Source: Gemmatimonadaceae bacterium
GTDB taxonomy: Bacteria > Gemmatimonadota > Gemmatimonadetes > Gemmatimonadales > Gemmatimonadaceae
Assembly (NCBI GenBank): GCA_051859245.1
Contig: JBHYGA010000005.1
Span: 480,001-544,000, forward strand
DNA length: 64,000 bases
Direction of reading: 5' to 3'
Each line of letters starts with the position of its first letter. The first letter of the stretch is position 1. The notes under the pieces are model-generated. The model searched no databases and was not told the DNA's origin. It saw only the letters and a list, made by a program, of their open reading frames with translations. Of this stretch, positions 34,594 through 44,265 are shown in pieces. Made by a program: the position numbers and the translations under genes.

Positions 34594-34742
34594 ACGCCTG
34601 CGTCGGCCGATAGTTACTGGGCGTAGGGCGTGTGCTGATGAGACGGCTCGACCATCTCGGTACCGCGGAGACGCGTACACGGGCTCACCGGATTCTCCGA
34701 AGCGACATGTTGAGTCTTCCTCCAGTGACGCGTGAAGTGGCG

Positions 34743-35003
34743 ATGGATATCGCTCGCCGGGAAGCAACCTCTCTACTTAGGGAGGCGAAGGTGCATGAGC
34801 TTCTGCGGCTGATATTGGACGTGTCTAACCTGATTGCAGAAAAGCCGGAGGTTTTCGCGGAGGTAAGCCCGCAAACAAAGGAGATGAGCTACGACCTCCG
34901 TGATGCACTTGGCGATCCTGCGTCCGCGACACGACGAGAGATCGATATCGCCGCTGTGTTCAGTGACCTGCGCAATCCCTTCGACGGAAGCTTTGTCGGA
35001 TAA
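34743..35003 (+). CDS. Small hypothetical protein
   Basis: Helical-looking ORF after the AAA gene; no motif recognised. Confidence 0.35.
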   Translation: MDIARREATSLLREAKVHELLRLILDVSNLIAEKPEVFAEVSPQTKEMSYDLRDALGDPASATRREIDIAAVFSDLRNPFDGSFVG

Positions 35004-35419
35004 GTGGATGGATATTCCGATGATCTCGAGGTGCTTGATCAGGTTGGGCGAAACTGAATCGCAGGTTCGCTTCCAGCTTTGGCAAGCAAACGCCGGTTAT
35101 CTAGTCTTGAATAGTGTCTACGCTGTGAGTGCAAGCGGTGTGCGCGGTTCGCGCTGCTTCCCGATTGCTGCGCGCTGTAGCTACATCTCGTTGCGTGCGC
35201 AGCGAAAGGGCGCGAAGCGCATGCTGTGCAGCATAGCAAGTGGGATGCAGGTGAGCGCGCGTTGCACGATGGTGTCAGAACTGAAATGCGCGAGGGACCA
35301 CTGTTCGAGTTTAGTATCGCGGGTGTCACAACCCTCTGACCGATTGTACTCATTCCCTTTTCTGTCGAGGGATGGTAGCGTCCCCAAATAGCTCGCAGCT
35401 TGTCGCGGTATTGATCGCG

Positions 35420-35812
35420 TCAACAGTTCACGTATGTGATAGGATTTGCCGCGCCGCGCTTCCAGTTTGCGGCGACCGATCTTCCCACGTAGCGGTCACG
35501 AACCGTCTCCTGCGCGAGCGTTCCAGTGAACTCCCAACGACCGGGGCGCTGAACGTCCTCAAGCGGACGCACGTTATAGTCGGTGGTGCCCGCGGGATGC
35601 CATTGATCGATCTCGTAGACCTCGCGGACGATCCCGTCAAACACCGCCAGCGCGAACTTCGCACCGCTCCGGCGCGGGCCGACCACCCACACGCCACGTG
35701 TGACTTCGTACAGCTGCTCGGCGGACATGTCGGGCCGATAGGCCCGTTGAATGCGAATCAAAATGGCGGCGTCGTTAATCACGACAGGAGTGGCGACTTC
35801 GTTCGTTCGCAT
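35420..35812 (-). CDS. Hypothetical protein resembling the C-terminal domain of LEM-3-like GIY-YIG proteins
   Basis: LYE.TRG.W, AVFDGIVREVY, GRWEF, NPITYVNC; no GIY-YIG domain present. Confidence 0.6.
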   Translation of the reverse strand: MRTNEVATPVVINDAAILIRIQRAYRPDMSAEQLYEVTRGVWVVGPRRSGAKFALAVFDGIVREVYEIDQWHPAGTTDYNVRPLEDVQRPGRWEFTGTLAQETVRDRYVGRSVAANWKRGAANPITYVNC

Positions 35813-36001
35813 AGGTCATTTTTCTCGATCTTGATGGAGCGTTGGTGCAGCGTTGTCAACGAATCGCACGCAGCTGCGAGCGCCGCCTCGTCAGCATTCG
35901 TGTGGTCATATGCAAATGAATAGCACTGAAAACGGCGGGCAGCGACGGCGGGCGAGCGCCTCGGCGAATCGATTGATCGCCGCCGCGTGAAAAGTACGTC
36001 G

Positions 36002-37318
36002 TTATTCGCCGGTAGGTCCTCGCCGTAGTTTCGCGTCGTAGTTGCCCTTGCCACGACGCGCGTTGTGCGTGCGTTGCATCTGATACTTCGCGTCGCGTTC
36101 GGAGTAGTCACCGTCCCGATACCGCGCCTCCATTTGCGCGAGGTCGGCTGACTCGGCCAGCATCTCCGATGCGAACGCGACGTCGCTATATGCCGGGGAG
36201 GAGAGAATCCACTGCTGCGCGTCCTGCATGTGCTGCGCGGCCGCGTCGGCATTGCCTTGACGTTGTTCGCGAGCCGCGGCTTCACGCGCCTTCGCGGATC
36301 GGGCCATGACGATGGCGCGTTCGACTTCGGGCACCATGTGCGCCTGGCCATCGAGCGTGGCCGCGATGGGCAACGCGAGCGTGCGCTGCTCCACGCCTCC
36401 GCCGTTGGTGAGGACAAACGCTGAGACGCGCAGCGTCGCGAGAACGACAGGTTCGTTGATCGCGACGGTCGACGCGTTCGCCGGCGCGAGCAATTCGAAT
36501 AGCAACGGCTTGGGTTCACTCGCATACAGATCGCCCAGGTCGAACGTGAACGAGCCGTTTTGCTGCGTCGTGGGCCAGTCGGAGTGCACCGTGAGCATCT
36601 GGACCTCGGGGTGGAGCGTGAGCGTCACCGTCAGCCCCTGCGCTGCGACATTGAGCAGATTTCCGAGTTCCTCGGCGAAGACGTCCTGCGCCTGATCCGG
36701 CCGTTCGACGTACCACGCATTGCCGCCACCGGCGTCGGCCATGGCGCGGAGCAGATCGTCGTCGTAGCCCTCGCCGACGCCAATGGTAGACGTGGTGATG
36801 CCGAGCGTGCGTGCGGTGCGCGCGAGATCGACTAGCGTATCCCGGTCGACGATGCCCGCGTTAGCGTGGCCGTCGGTGAGGAGCACGATGCGTCGCGACG
36901 TGCCGGCGGCGCTGGACAGGAGTTCGGCGGCAGATTCCATGTGCTGACGACCTCGCAGCCACCCTCCACTGAGATTCGTGCTGCCGCCCGGCTCGATCTC
37001 TCGCAGGCGGTCAGCCAGCTGGTGTTGGTCACGGCACCGCGCGGGATCGGCCAGCGTCTCAATGTCCTGATCGAAGAGCACCGCCGAGACAACATCGTTG
37101 GGGTGCAGGCGTTCGACGGCGCGTGCGGCGGCAGAACGGGCCGCGTGCAACGGTGCGCCGGACATGGAGCCGCTGCGGTCGAGTACGAGGGAAAGACCGA
37201 GGGGCGCGCGGGACGCGGCGGTGGGAGCCGTGCCGGCGATGGAGAGCAGGGCCCGCACGACGGTGGTACCGGGGGTGGTCGCGTGCGGCTGGTGATCGAG
37301 GAGGAGCGTGGTGTCCAT
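36002..37318 (-). CDS. von Willebrand factor A domain protein
   Basis: VLDRSGSM, GGSTNL, LLTDGHAN MIDAS motifs. Confidence 0.92.
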   Translation of the reverse strand: MDTTLLLDHQPHATTPGTTVVRALLSIAGTAPTAASRAPLGLSLVLDRSGSMSGAPLHAARSAAARAVERLHPNDVVSAVLFDQDIETLADPARCRDQHQLADRLREIEPGGSTNLSGGWLRGRQHMESAAELLSSAAGTSRRIVLLTDGHANAGIVDRDTLVDLARTARTLGITTSTIGVGEGYDDDLLRAMADAGGGNAWYVERPDQAQDVFAEELGNLLNVAAQGLTVTLTLHPEVQMLTVHSDWPTTQQNGSFTFDLGDLYASEPKPLLFELLAPANASTVAINEPVVLATLRVSAFVLTNGGGVEQRTLALPIAATLDGQAHMVPEVERAIVMARSAKAREAAAREQRQGNADAAAQHMQDAQQWILSSPAYSDVAFASEMLAESADLAQMEARYRDGDYSERDAKYQMQRTHNARRGKGNYDAKLRRGPTGE

Positions 37319-37346
37319 GCGCGTGTCCGTTGTGAGGGATACGGGC

Positions 37347-37368
37347 AGGTTAGGGGGAGGGTCTGACA
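37347..37368 (-). promoter_or_regulatory. PafBC-type promoter box upstream of the vWA gene
   Basis: TGTCAG-ACCCTCCCCC-TAACCT. Confidence 0.7.
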
Positions 37369-37970
37369 GGGGCGGTTGGGTGCGCGACACCTTCAATGAC
37401 CGCGAGCAGCCGTTCCATTTCATCAAGCAGGGGCCCGCTGAATCCGGCCGTTCGATACGCGTCGCGTGCTCCCGCGTAGTACCAGACTTGCCGATCCCTG
37501 GGCGCGTTGAATCGCGACCACACCTCGTCACCAGTGCGCTCAATATCGGCCACGATCGATCGCAAGTTGTCGACCTTGTCGGCCACAGTGACGCGCAGAT
37601 CCGCGGGGTTCGCCGTGCGCGCGTGTGCCAAATACGATTCTTTGCGCTCAATCCATGGTCTCTTTGGGCCGCCTCTGTAGCCCGGGCCGGTGTCGCTGCT
37701 CAACTCCACGATGCGGCGCACGCGTTCGCCAAACTGCGCCTCGATCTCGTCGGCACTGATTTCATCGCCGTGATCCTCTACGGCGTCATGCAACAGCGCG
37801 GCGACGGCTTCATCTTCGTCACCTCCATGCCGTTGCACGAGCTGACAGACGCCGAGGAGATGCGCCAGCGTGGGAATCTGCGTGCCCTTGCGTGCGTCGG
37901 TAGCATGCAGCTTCGCGGCGAGTGCGAGAGCTGCAGCGAGGCGAGGGGAGAGGGAAGCGGTATCGGCCAT
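37350..37970 (-). CDS. HD-domain hydrolase (SpoT/Mesh1-like small alarmone hydrolase family)
   Basis: H...RKG...P...H; AALLHDAVED; ADKVDN. Confidence 0.88.
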   Translation of the reverse strand: MADTASLSPRLAAALALAAKLHATDARKGTQIPTLAHLLGVCQLVQRHGGDEDEAVAALLHDAVEDHGDEISADEIEAQFGERVRRIVELSSDTGPGYRGGPKRPWIERKESYLAHARTANPADLRVTVADKVDNLRSIVADIERTGDEVWSRFNAPRDRQVWYYAGARDAYRTAGFSGPLLDEMERLLAVIEGVAHPTAPVRPSP

Positions 37971-38105
37971 GCGTTTTGGGTTTGAGGGGGGCGGACGCAG
38001 CTCGCGTACTTGGCAACAAACTATCTCGGAAAAAATCGTGGTGTTTTCCACCGTCAAAACGCCAGCGACGTGTGGGTGTACTTGCACGAGCACCGACCAC
38101 GACGC

Positions 38106-38687
38106 TTAACACCGCCGACGAATCGGCATGTCAGGAAAGCAAAATTCCCCATGCGAGTTACTGAACGCCTGATAGTGCAGCTGTTCTATACCCTCGATTC
38201 CATACACCTCACGCAGCGTACAGATGAGCAGTGCTGCGACCTGCCGCACCGATGTGCCAGCGGGTACGTCGATGAAAAAGTTGGGGCTCCCATTGGGATC
38301 GTTGTACTTCGCCACCAGTTCCGGTGCATCATCAGTCGCTCGACGCCACCCTAGTTCGGTCAAGTAGCAGTACTGCTCGACCGTGAGCGCCGCACTCGGC
38401 GGTTCAATGTACGTGTTGCTGACCGCTTCAATGCGGAACGCCCCGGTAGTCGTACCAGCTACCTGCACAAAGTGATTGACATGACGACGCGCAATGATCA
38501 TGAAATCGCCTTTCCCCAAGTCGCCGAGCGCACGCGCGACCGCTGAAGTGAGCGATTCCCAGTGCTCTTCAGTACTTGTTGTCACGCACGATCTCCATTC
38601 GAAGGACACCGAAAATTTCGCAGCGGGGTCTGAGAGCGCCCGCGTCAACATTTGTCGGTGCACGCAAATGAGATCACGCGCATGCAC
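38106..38687 (-). CDS. TY-Chap-like (T3SS/YbjN-type chaperone) domain protein
   Basis: FVQ...EAVSN.Y...LGW...SPNF...LREVYG...L.Y.AF; start may be the GTG at 38585. Confidence 0.6.
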   Translation of the reverse strand: MHARDLICVHRQMLTRALSDPAAKFSVSFEWRSCVTTSTEEHWESLTSAVARALGDLGKGDFMIIARRHVNHFVQVAGTTTGAFRIEAVSNTYIEPPSAALTVEQYCYLTELGWRRATDDAPELVAKYNDPNGSPNFFIDVPAGTSVRQVAALLICTLREVYGIEGIEQLHYQAFSNSHGEFCFPDMPIRRRC

Positions 38688-38704
38688 CGACCGTCGATCG
38701 CTCC

Positions 38705-40684
38705 TCAGCGCCGACGCATGATCTGCGGCGTGTCTACAGCACGAGCGCTCGCGTTCGCACCAGTGAGCATTGGAACGTTCGTATCGGGTAACGCTCGCGC
38801 GCGATCACGGCGCAGCTGTTCAAGTTCCGTTGACAGCTCAGCGATGGATGACGGCATGGTGGAGCTTGCGCCAATAAACGCGTCCGCCAAGACACTCTGC
38901 AGGTTGTTGCCAGGGCAAGCCTCAAGAAGCGGCGTCAGTCTCGGCCCGAGCCCACTCACCCGAAACGACACGGCCTTTGCGCTCCCCCGGAACTCACCGA
39001 ATGCAAACGTGAACAACCGCGAGCCTGCGACCTGAAAGGCAAATGACTTGACGGAGGCATTGGTCCCTGTTTTACCGAGCGAGCTAAAGTTGTCGAACTC
39101 AAGCCAGGTCTCAGCCACTGGTGTTCCGCCATCAAAGGAAAACGCCACGGTACCGCTCGCGGTGACAAAACGATCCGTGGCGACCCATGCCACAAACGAC
39201 CCAGTCGACGAGCATACAAAAGTGAGCTCAGGATATTCGGATGAGCCAAACTGGTTTGAAATCTGATTGTCGGAGGGAAGCGTGGTGAATACGATGCCGT
39301 TACCGCTGAGCGACAACCAGTCGTACGCGGTGATTGGACTTTCCCAGGCCACTCCATCAATCGTCGCCACAATGGTGATCGTACCGGTACCGGCCGGAGT
39401 GAAGAGTCCCGCTGGCGTGAACGTGCCTGCCGAAGGATTCGTCGTGCTCCAGGAAACGGGGCGAGAGATCGTGTTCCCATCTGACGTGCGTGCAGTCACC
39501 GAATACTGATAACTGTCGCCAACCTTCACGCGCGCTGTGCCAGTGAGCGTCACACTCGTCACGGCAGATCGAACTTGTATCACGAGCGTGCCAGTACGAC
39601 CCTCGCTGCTCGCAGAGATCGAGGCCGTGCCCGGAGCGACAGCGCTCACCAGCCCAGTGGCGGACACGGTGGCAATGCTGGAATTACTCGTGCCCCACAC
39701 CACGGTGCGGTCTGTCAGCATCGCTCCATTCACGTCGCGTATTGTCGCTGAAAGTTGCGCCGTGGCGCCGGGTGTAAGCGAACTCGCCCCGGAGATCGAA
39801 ACAGTTGCAACGGGCACGGGGAGCACTGTGAGTGTCGCACTACCCGTCTGACCCTCGCTGGTGGCAGAAATGCTTGTCGTACCCGGAGCGACCGTGGTAA
39901 CTCGTCCGCTGGCATCAACCGCGGCGACCGACGTGTTCGATGATGTCCATGCCACCACGCGGCCGTCCAAAGGGCTTCCGTTGGACGATCGCAACGTTGC
40001 CGATGCCGACGTAATCGTGCCCGCGACGACTGATGCCTGCGCGAGCGTCACCGTCACGGAGGCGACAGGCGGCGGCGTCACCCTGAGTGACGCACTCCCC
40101 GTTCGTCCTTCGCTCGTAGCAGTGATCGTCGTTGTTCCGGCGGCGAGCGCGGTGACTGTTCCGGTAGCGTCAACACTTGCCACCGACGGCGCTGACGAAC
40201 TCCATGCTACGCTGCGACCGGTGAGCACGGCGCCATTGTCGGAACGCAGTTCTGCCGTTGCCGACGTGCTGGTACCCGCAACGATCTGTGGGTTCGATAG
40301 ACTCACGGTTACGGTCGCCACAGGAGGCAGTGTCACAGTCAGTGACGCACTTCCGGTTCGTCCTCCGCTCGTCGCCGTGATCGTCGTTGTTCCCGCGGTC
40401 AGTGCTGTCACGGTACCGGAGCCATCAACACTCGCCACTGCTGGCGATGACGAACTCCATGTGACACTGCGGCCACTGAGAACCGTGCCGTTAGCGGCTC
40501 GCAATTCTGCGCTTGCCGACGTGCTGGTACCCGTCACGATTTGTGCGTTCGTAAGCACCACCGTCACCGTGGCCACCGCGGGTGGTGATGGGTTCCCTGG
40601 TGGGGCGACAGGATTGTCAGTACCGCCACCACCACACGCCGTAACGAACAGCAGTGCCGCACCGCACAGTAACGATCGCTTCAT
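38705..40684 (-). CDS. Lipoprotein with tandem Ig-like (Big_2) repeats
   Basis: VTAC lipobox; about 5 repeats of V.WSSS...VA.VD..G.VT....GT.TI.ATS.G. Confidence 0.9.
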   Translation of the reverse strand: MKRSLLCGAALLFVTACGGGGTDNPVAPPGNPSPPAVATVTVVLTNAQIVTGTSTSASAELRAANGTVLSGRSVTWSSSSPAVASVDGSGTVTALTAGTTTITATSGGRTGSASLTVTLPPVATVTVSLSNPQIVAGTSTSATAELRSDNGAVLTGRSVAWSSSAPSVASVDATGTVTALAAGTTTITATSEGRTGSASLRVTPPPVASVTVTLAQASVVAGTITSASATLRSSNGSPLDGRVVAWTSSNTSVAAVDASGRVTTVAPGTTSISATSEGQTGSATLTVLPVPVATVSISGASSLTPGATAQLSATIRDVNGAMLTDRTVVWGTSNSSIATVSATGLVSAVAPGTASISASSEGRTGTLVIQVRSAVTSVTLTGTARVKVGDSYQYSVTARTSDGNTISRPVSWSTTNPSAGTFTPAGLFTPAGTGTITIVATIDGVAWESPITAYDWLSLSGNGIVFTTLPSDNQISNQFGSSEYPELTFVCSSTGSFVAWVATDRFVTASGTVAFSFDGGTPVAETWLEFDNFSSLGKTGTNASVKSFAFQVAGSRLFTFAFGEFRGSAKAVSFRVSGLGPRLTPLLEACPGNNLQSVLADAFIGASSTMPSSIAELSTELEQLRRDRARALPDTNVPMLTGANASARAVDTPQIMRRR

Positions 40685-40740
40685 CGGGCCTCTCCTCAGT
40701 CATGCTTGATGCACAACGGCATTTCCGTCATACCAAGTAC

Positions 40741-40762
40741 AAGCTGAGGGAGGGGTCTGACA
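40741..40762 (-). promoter_or_regulatory. PafBC-type promoter box upstream of the Ig lipoprotein gene
   Basis: TGTCAG-ACCCCTCCCT-CAGCTT; first -10 base deviates, spacer nearly identical to 37347-37368. Confidence 0.6.
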
Positions 40763-43093
40763 CTACATGTTGAGCGCCGAGCGCAATCGATGAATGCGCT
40801 CCCGCAGCGCGACATGCATTGTTGCTGGCGCGATCACTTCGGCGTCTCCGCAGTACTGAAAAACGTGGCGCACTGCCCACTCCGTGTCAGCGAGTGGATG
40901 CGATACCGTGAGTGACCCATCGTCAGCGAGCGCGACTCCTTCCCGTTCGGCAATCCATCGGGCGATAGTTGGCGAGTAGCGAACCACGAGCGCGGCGTGC
41001 ACACCGTTCATGAAGGCGCGGCCGCGTTGAACAACAGCATCGATAGAGAAGCCGTCAGGAATGACGTACTGTTCGCCGGTTTTCTGTGCTTCGAGCACGC
41101 GATCAAGTCTGAACAGGCGTAGCTGCTGTGCCCGTCTGCAGTGGGCCACCATGTACAGACACGCTCCGCTTGCAAGAATCGCATAGGGTTCGACCTCGCG
41201 CGTTTCAGCGACATTGGCGCTTGACTTATGGTAGTGAATTGTGAGCACTTGCCGCTGCTGCAGCGCCAACCGCACTGTGGCCAGCGTAGCCAGGTTGCCC
41301 ACATCACCAGCCGATACCGCAAATCGATCGACGATCGGGTCGTTTCCAATCGCAACCACAACGCGTTCGAGTCTCGCCCGCGCCCGTTCCAGTACGGCGT
41401 GCTCGTTTGGGGTGCGCAAATGCTTGAGCACCGAAAGGCCGAGTGTGATCGCACAGACTTCCGTTGCGACGAGGCGCATGGGCCGCCTGAACGCTGTTGT
41501 GACAGCGGAAATCGTTTCGCGGTCGATGAAGAGTTGCACGCCCTCCACAAATCCGCCCGGTGTGTCATAACGAGCGACCAGCGCAAAGACATCACTGCGC
41601 AGCGTGTCCGCATCGATACCCGTGCGTTGCACGAGATCCTGTATAGCATGCGAATCACCGCTCGCGAGCAGTGGCATCGTTTGCAGGATCCGCCGTAACT
41701 GCGCGGCTGCTGTTTCCGTTACGCGTGCTACTCGCGCGGCCGGTTTGGTGAGCACTGGTGCGAGTGCGGGCGCCTGTGTCCCCAGCGCCGCTGCCTGCGC
41801 CGCACCGGTCTCAACAGACGTTGCCAAACGTTCGAGTGCGTGGCGCACGCCGTCTACAAGGCTGGTCGGCGACTCGGGAATCGCGTCACCGGCGAGCGCG
41901 AGCAACCAACGAATAAAGGCATCTTCTCGTCGAACGGAGAAGCGGCGACGTTCGGTACCGTCGGCGGCGGGCGGCAGTGTTTCCCCCAGCTGCAACGCGG
42001 CGCGTGCCGCGTCATCGTCTGCGCGAAAACGCACGATCACCTCGAGCGGCGGGTCTTCACCAAGCTCCCACGCCTGTCGCGACGCCGCGTGCTCGCGCAA
42101 GCGAAAGTCTGACGGCACGTCGAAGTCTGGCGTTTGTGCCTGCTTCGTGTTCAGCTGCGGCACACGGATACGATTCAGTCGAAAGTTCCGGAGTGCCGCC
42201 GCGTCGACATCTCTCGCCACGAGATACCAGTGACCGCTCTGAAAGAAGAGCCCCCACGGTTCGACCGCACGTTCACGCACCTCATTTCGACCGAAGGTGT
42301 GATACTCGAAACGCACGCGTTTCCGTCGCTGCATCGCGTCTGCGAGCGCCGCAAAAACTGCCGCGTCATGCTGCGCCGCATCATGCTGCACACGCGGTAC
42401 TCCGCTGCTCACGTGCACCGCGCCTTGCTGCTGTTCGCTGCCCGTTGGTCCCACCGGCAGATCGAACGCGAGCTTCCTGAGCGCGCGCGACGCTTCCGCA
42501 GCGAGCATTGGATCACCGAGCTCACGGGCACAGGCCGCAGCATCAACGATGGCCTGGAGCTCGTCGGGCTCGAAGGCCAACGTGGCCAACGCAGCGTACC
42601 CATAACCTGCAATCGCACGCGCACGCTCGGCGGTAGAGCCCAGCGTTTGCTGCGTTACGGTTTGCGTTGAAGCCTCTGGCGCAACCAGCACAAGATACGG
42701 CAGGTAGAAATCCGTGCGCCGCAAGCGATACGCGCCTTCCTCATTGTCGTCGTGGTCAGCAACAGTTTCGATGGGTATGCCTAGTGCGCGCAGTTCGTCC
42801 TTGTCGCGTTCGAACATGCGTTTGGTACTGTCGCGTCGTCGCTTGATCTCGGCGAGCTGTGTCGGATCGTTTGTGCCAGCCACATCGGGCCATTCGTACG
42901 CCGGCACCTCGGGTGCGAGCTGCTCGAAGGTGACTTCCTTGCGACGCGCGAGAAGAGCGGCCACCAGATCCACCCATCGCTGTAGTTTCGCGTTGCCCGC
43001 GCTGGCCGGTGGCAACTCCAAGTCGTCGGCAGCTTCGTCAGCGCTGTTGTGTTCGCGAGCCGTCGCGGAGGATCCGGGTTGTGTGGACATCAT
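40763..43093 (-). CDS. PafB-PafC-like fusion: two HTH-WYL-WCX modules
   Basis: RMFERDKDELR.LG.PI (PafB HTH); R.VEPW...HWYLVA...FRL.RI; second module REVEPY...FRLDRV. Confidence 0.9.
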   Translation of the reverse strand: MMSTQPGSSATAREHNSADEAADDLELPPASAGNAKLQRWVDLVAALLARRKEVTFEQLAPEVPAYEWPDVAGTNDPTQLAEIKRRRDSTKRMFERDKDELRALGIPIETVADHDDNEEGAYRLRRTDFYLPYLVLVAPEASTQTVTQQTLGSTAERARAIAGYGYAALATLAFEPDELQAIVDAAACARELGDPMLAAEASRALRKLAFDLPVGPTGSEQQQGAVHVSSGVPRVQHDAAQHDAAVFAALADAMQRRKRVRFEYHTFGRNEVRERAVEPWGLFFQSGHWYLVARDVDAAALRNFRLNRIRVPQLNTKQAQTPDFDVPSDFRLREHAASRQAWELGEDPPLEVIVRFRADDDAARAALQLGETLPPAADGTERRRFSVRREDAFIRWLLALAGDAIPESPTSLVDGVRHALERLATSVETGAAQAAALGTQAPALAPVLTKPAARVARVTETAAAQLRRILQTMPLLASGDSHAIQDLVQRTGIDADTLRSDVFALVARYDTPGGFVEGVQLFIDRETISAVTTAFRRPMRLVATEVCAITLGLSVLKHLRTPNEHAVLERARARLERVVVAIGNDPIVDRFAVSAGDVGNLATLATVRLALQQRQVLTIHYHKSSANVAETREVEPYAILASGACLYMVAHCRRAQQLRLFRLDRVLEAQKTGEQYVIPDGFSIDAVVQRGRAFMNGVHAALVVRYSPTIARWIAEREGVALADDGSLTVSHPLADTEWAVRHVFQYCGDAEVIAPATMHVALRERIHRLRSALNM

Positions 43094-43188
43094 CGTGTAT
43101 TGTCGGCGGTTGCCTGCATTCGAGCGCCCCGTTTGGTGCGTGCGAGCCGGGTCAGGGAAGGGATCGCACATGACCCGAACAGAAAACG

Positions 43189-43210
43189 AAGGTACGGTCG
43201 AGCTCTGACA
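43189..43210 (-). promoter_or_regulatory. PafBC-type promoter box upstream of the WYL gene itself
   Basis: TGTCAG-AGCTCGACCG-TACCTT. Confidence 0.7.
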
Positions 43211-43479
43211 GTGGCCTGCGAGCCTCAGGCCGTAGCCCCGGTTTGGCTGTGGGTAGCCAAGTGCGCAACAGATGCTTATCGATCGCCAAGTCAGACGCGG
43301 GCTAGGCAACCGACACACCGCGAGCCTGCCGCAATCGGACTGCTTCGTGTTTAGGCTTGGCGGCAAAACTTCGCTTCGTCTGCCTGATATGCAATCACCG
43401 ATTCCAAGGTGCTTACCTTAAGTAGGTGTTTACGGAACCCGGTGCATCGCAATAGAGTGGCCGTCAGCATCATGTGTCG

Positions 43480-44094
43480 TTATGACTCTGCCGAACGAAC
43501 GACAAGGCAAGGCTGTGAGAGGATCTCTAGGTCACGGCTCCAGCCTGTTGCAAGCATGGCTGCGCCAATTAGGGCGAGAGGAAGCTCGCAGGTAACGTCT
43601 GAGGTGGGGGCGCCACCAGCTGTGCGCTTGAGAAAGCCGTTCACGGCGATCATTGCATCATCGCTATGATTCGCTCCCTTCGCTCCGCCCGAAACAAACC
43701 CCTCCCAGAAAAGCACGCCTTCGTTGGCTTCATTGAAGAGGCGCCAGTCTATGAATCCCGGGGCCGCGTCGTGGAGTTCACGAATCCTTCGCAGGATCCA
43801 AGTGACTTGGGTCAGCCCTGTAGCAAGCGCAGCGGCCCCGGCGCCTGCGGACCAAGGTCGATTGCCCTCGCCCGTGCGCGCCGCGGTGAGGCCGATGGGG
43901 TCACAAGAAACTGGCACGAAGAGGGGGCACTCGAAGCCGAGTGCGACCTTTTGCCCCGAGGTCAGCGAACTCGCAACGGCGCCGGCCAGCGTTTCAGGAT
44001 CAGAACCTGTCTGCCAACCGCTACCGACGCGCCAGCCGGCCCACCCGAAGCGGCCCGTTCGCACCGAGCCGATATCTGCGCAAGCTATAAGCAG
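43480..44094 (-). CDS. Cassette-borne hypothetical protein, DUF429/RNase H-like; probable CTG start
   Basis: IACADIGS..FGW, ALGFECPL.VP, WEGFVSG, H.DDA; AAGGAG 8 nt before CTG; stop codon lies in TCATAAC. Confidence 0.65.
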   Translation of the reverse strand: MLIACADIGSVRTGRFGWAGWRVGSGWQTGSDPETLAGAVASSLTSGQKVALGFECPLFVPVSCDPIGLTAARTGEGNRPWSAGAGAAALATGLTQVTWILRRIRELHDAAPGFIDWRLFNEANEGVLFWEGFVSGGAKGANHSDDAMIAVNGFLKRTAGGAPTSDVTCELPLALIGAAMLATGWSRDLEILSQPCLVVRSAES

Positions 44095-44112
44095 CTCGGT
44101 GTCTCCTTATTG

Positions 44113-44252
44113 TCACAACCCTCGCGTTCTGCAGCGAACGCCCACACGGAAGCAAGCGGGGCGTTCGCACTTTCCTTTCAGACTACAGCGAACGCACCGC
44201 GATCGCTACACGGGTCTTCGCCGCGTTTGACTGCAGCAACGCAAGGTTAGCC
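44113..44252 (-). mobile_element. Integron attC recombination site
   Basis: R'' GGCTAAC, 5 nt, L'' GTTGCTGC ... L' GCAGAAC, 6 nt, R' GTTGTGA; two extrahelical bases; stem continues as CAAACGC/GCGTTCG; 140 bp. Confidence 0.85.
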
Positions 44253-44265
44253 TGCGGCTGGGTCC

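Noticed and set aside
35324..35336. TGTCACAACCCTC, identical to 44111-44123, as a PafBC box or attC end
   Set aside because: No TA at the -10 position, no downstream gene on that strand, and no attC stem
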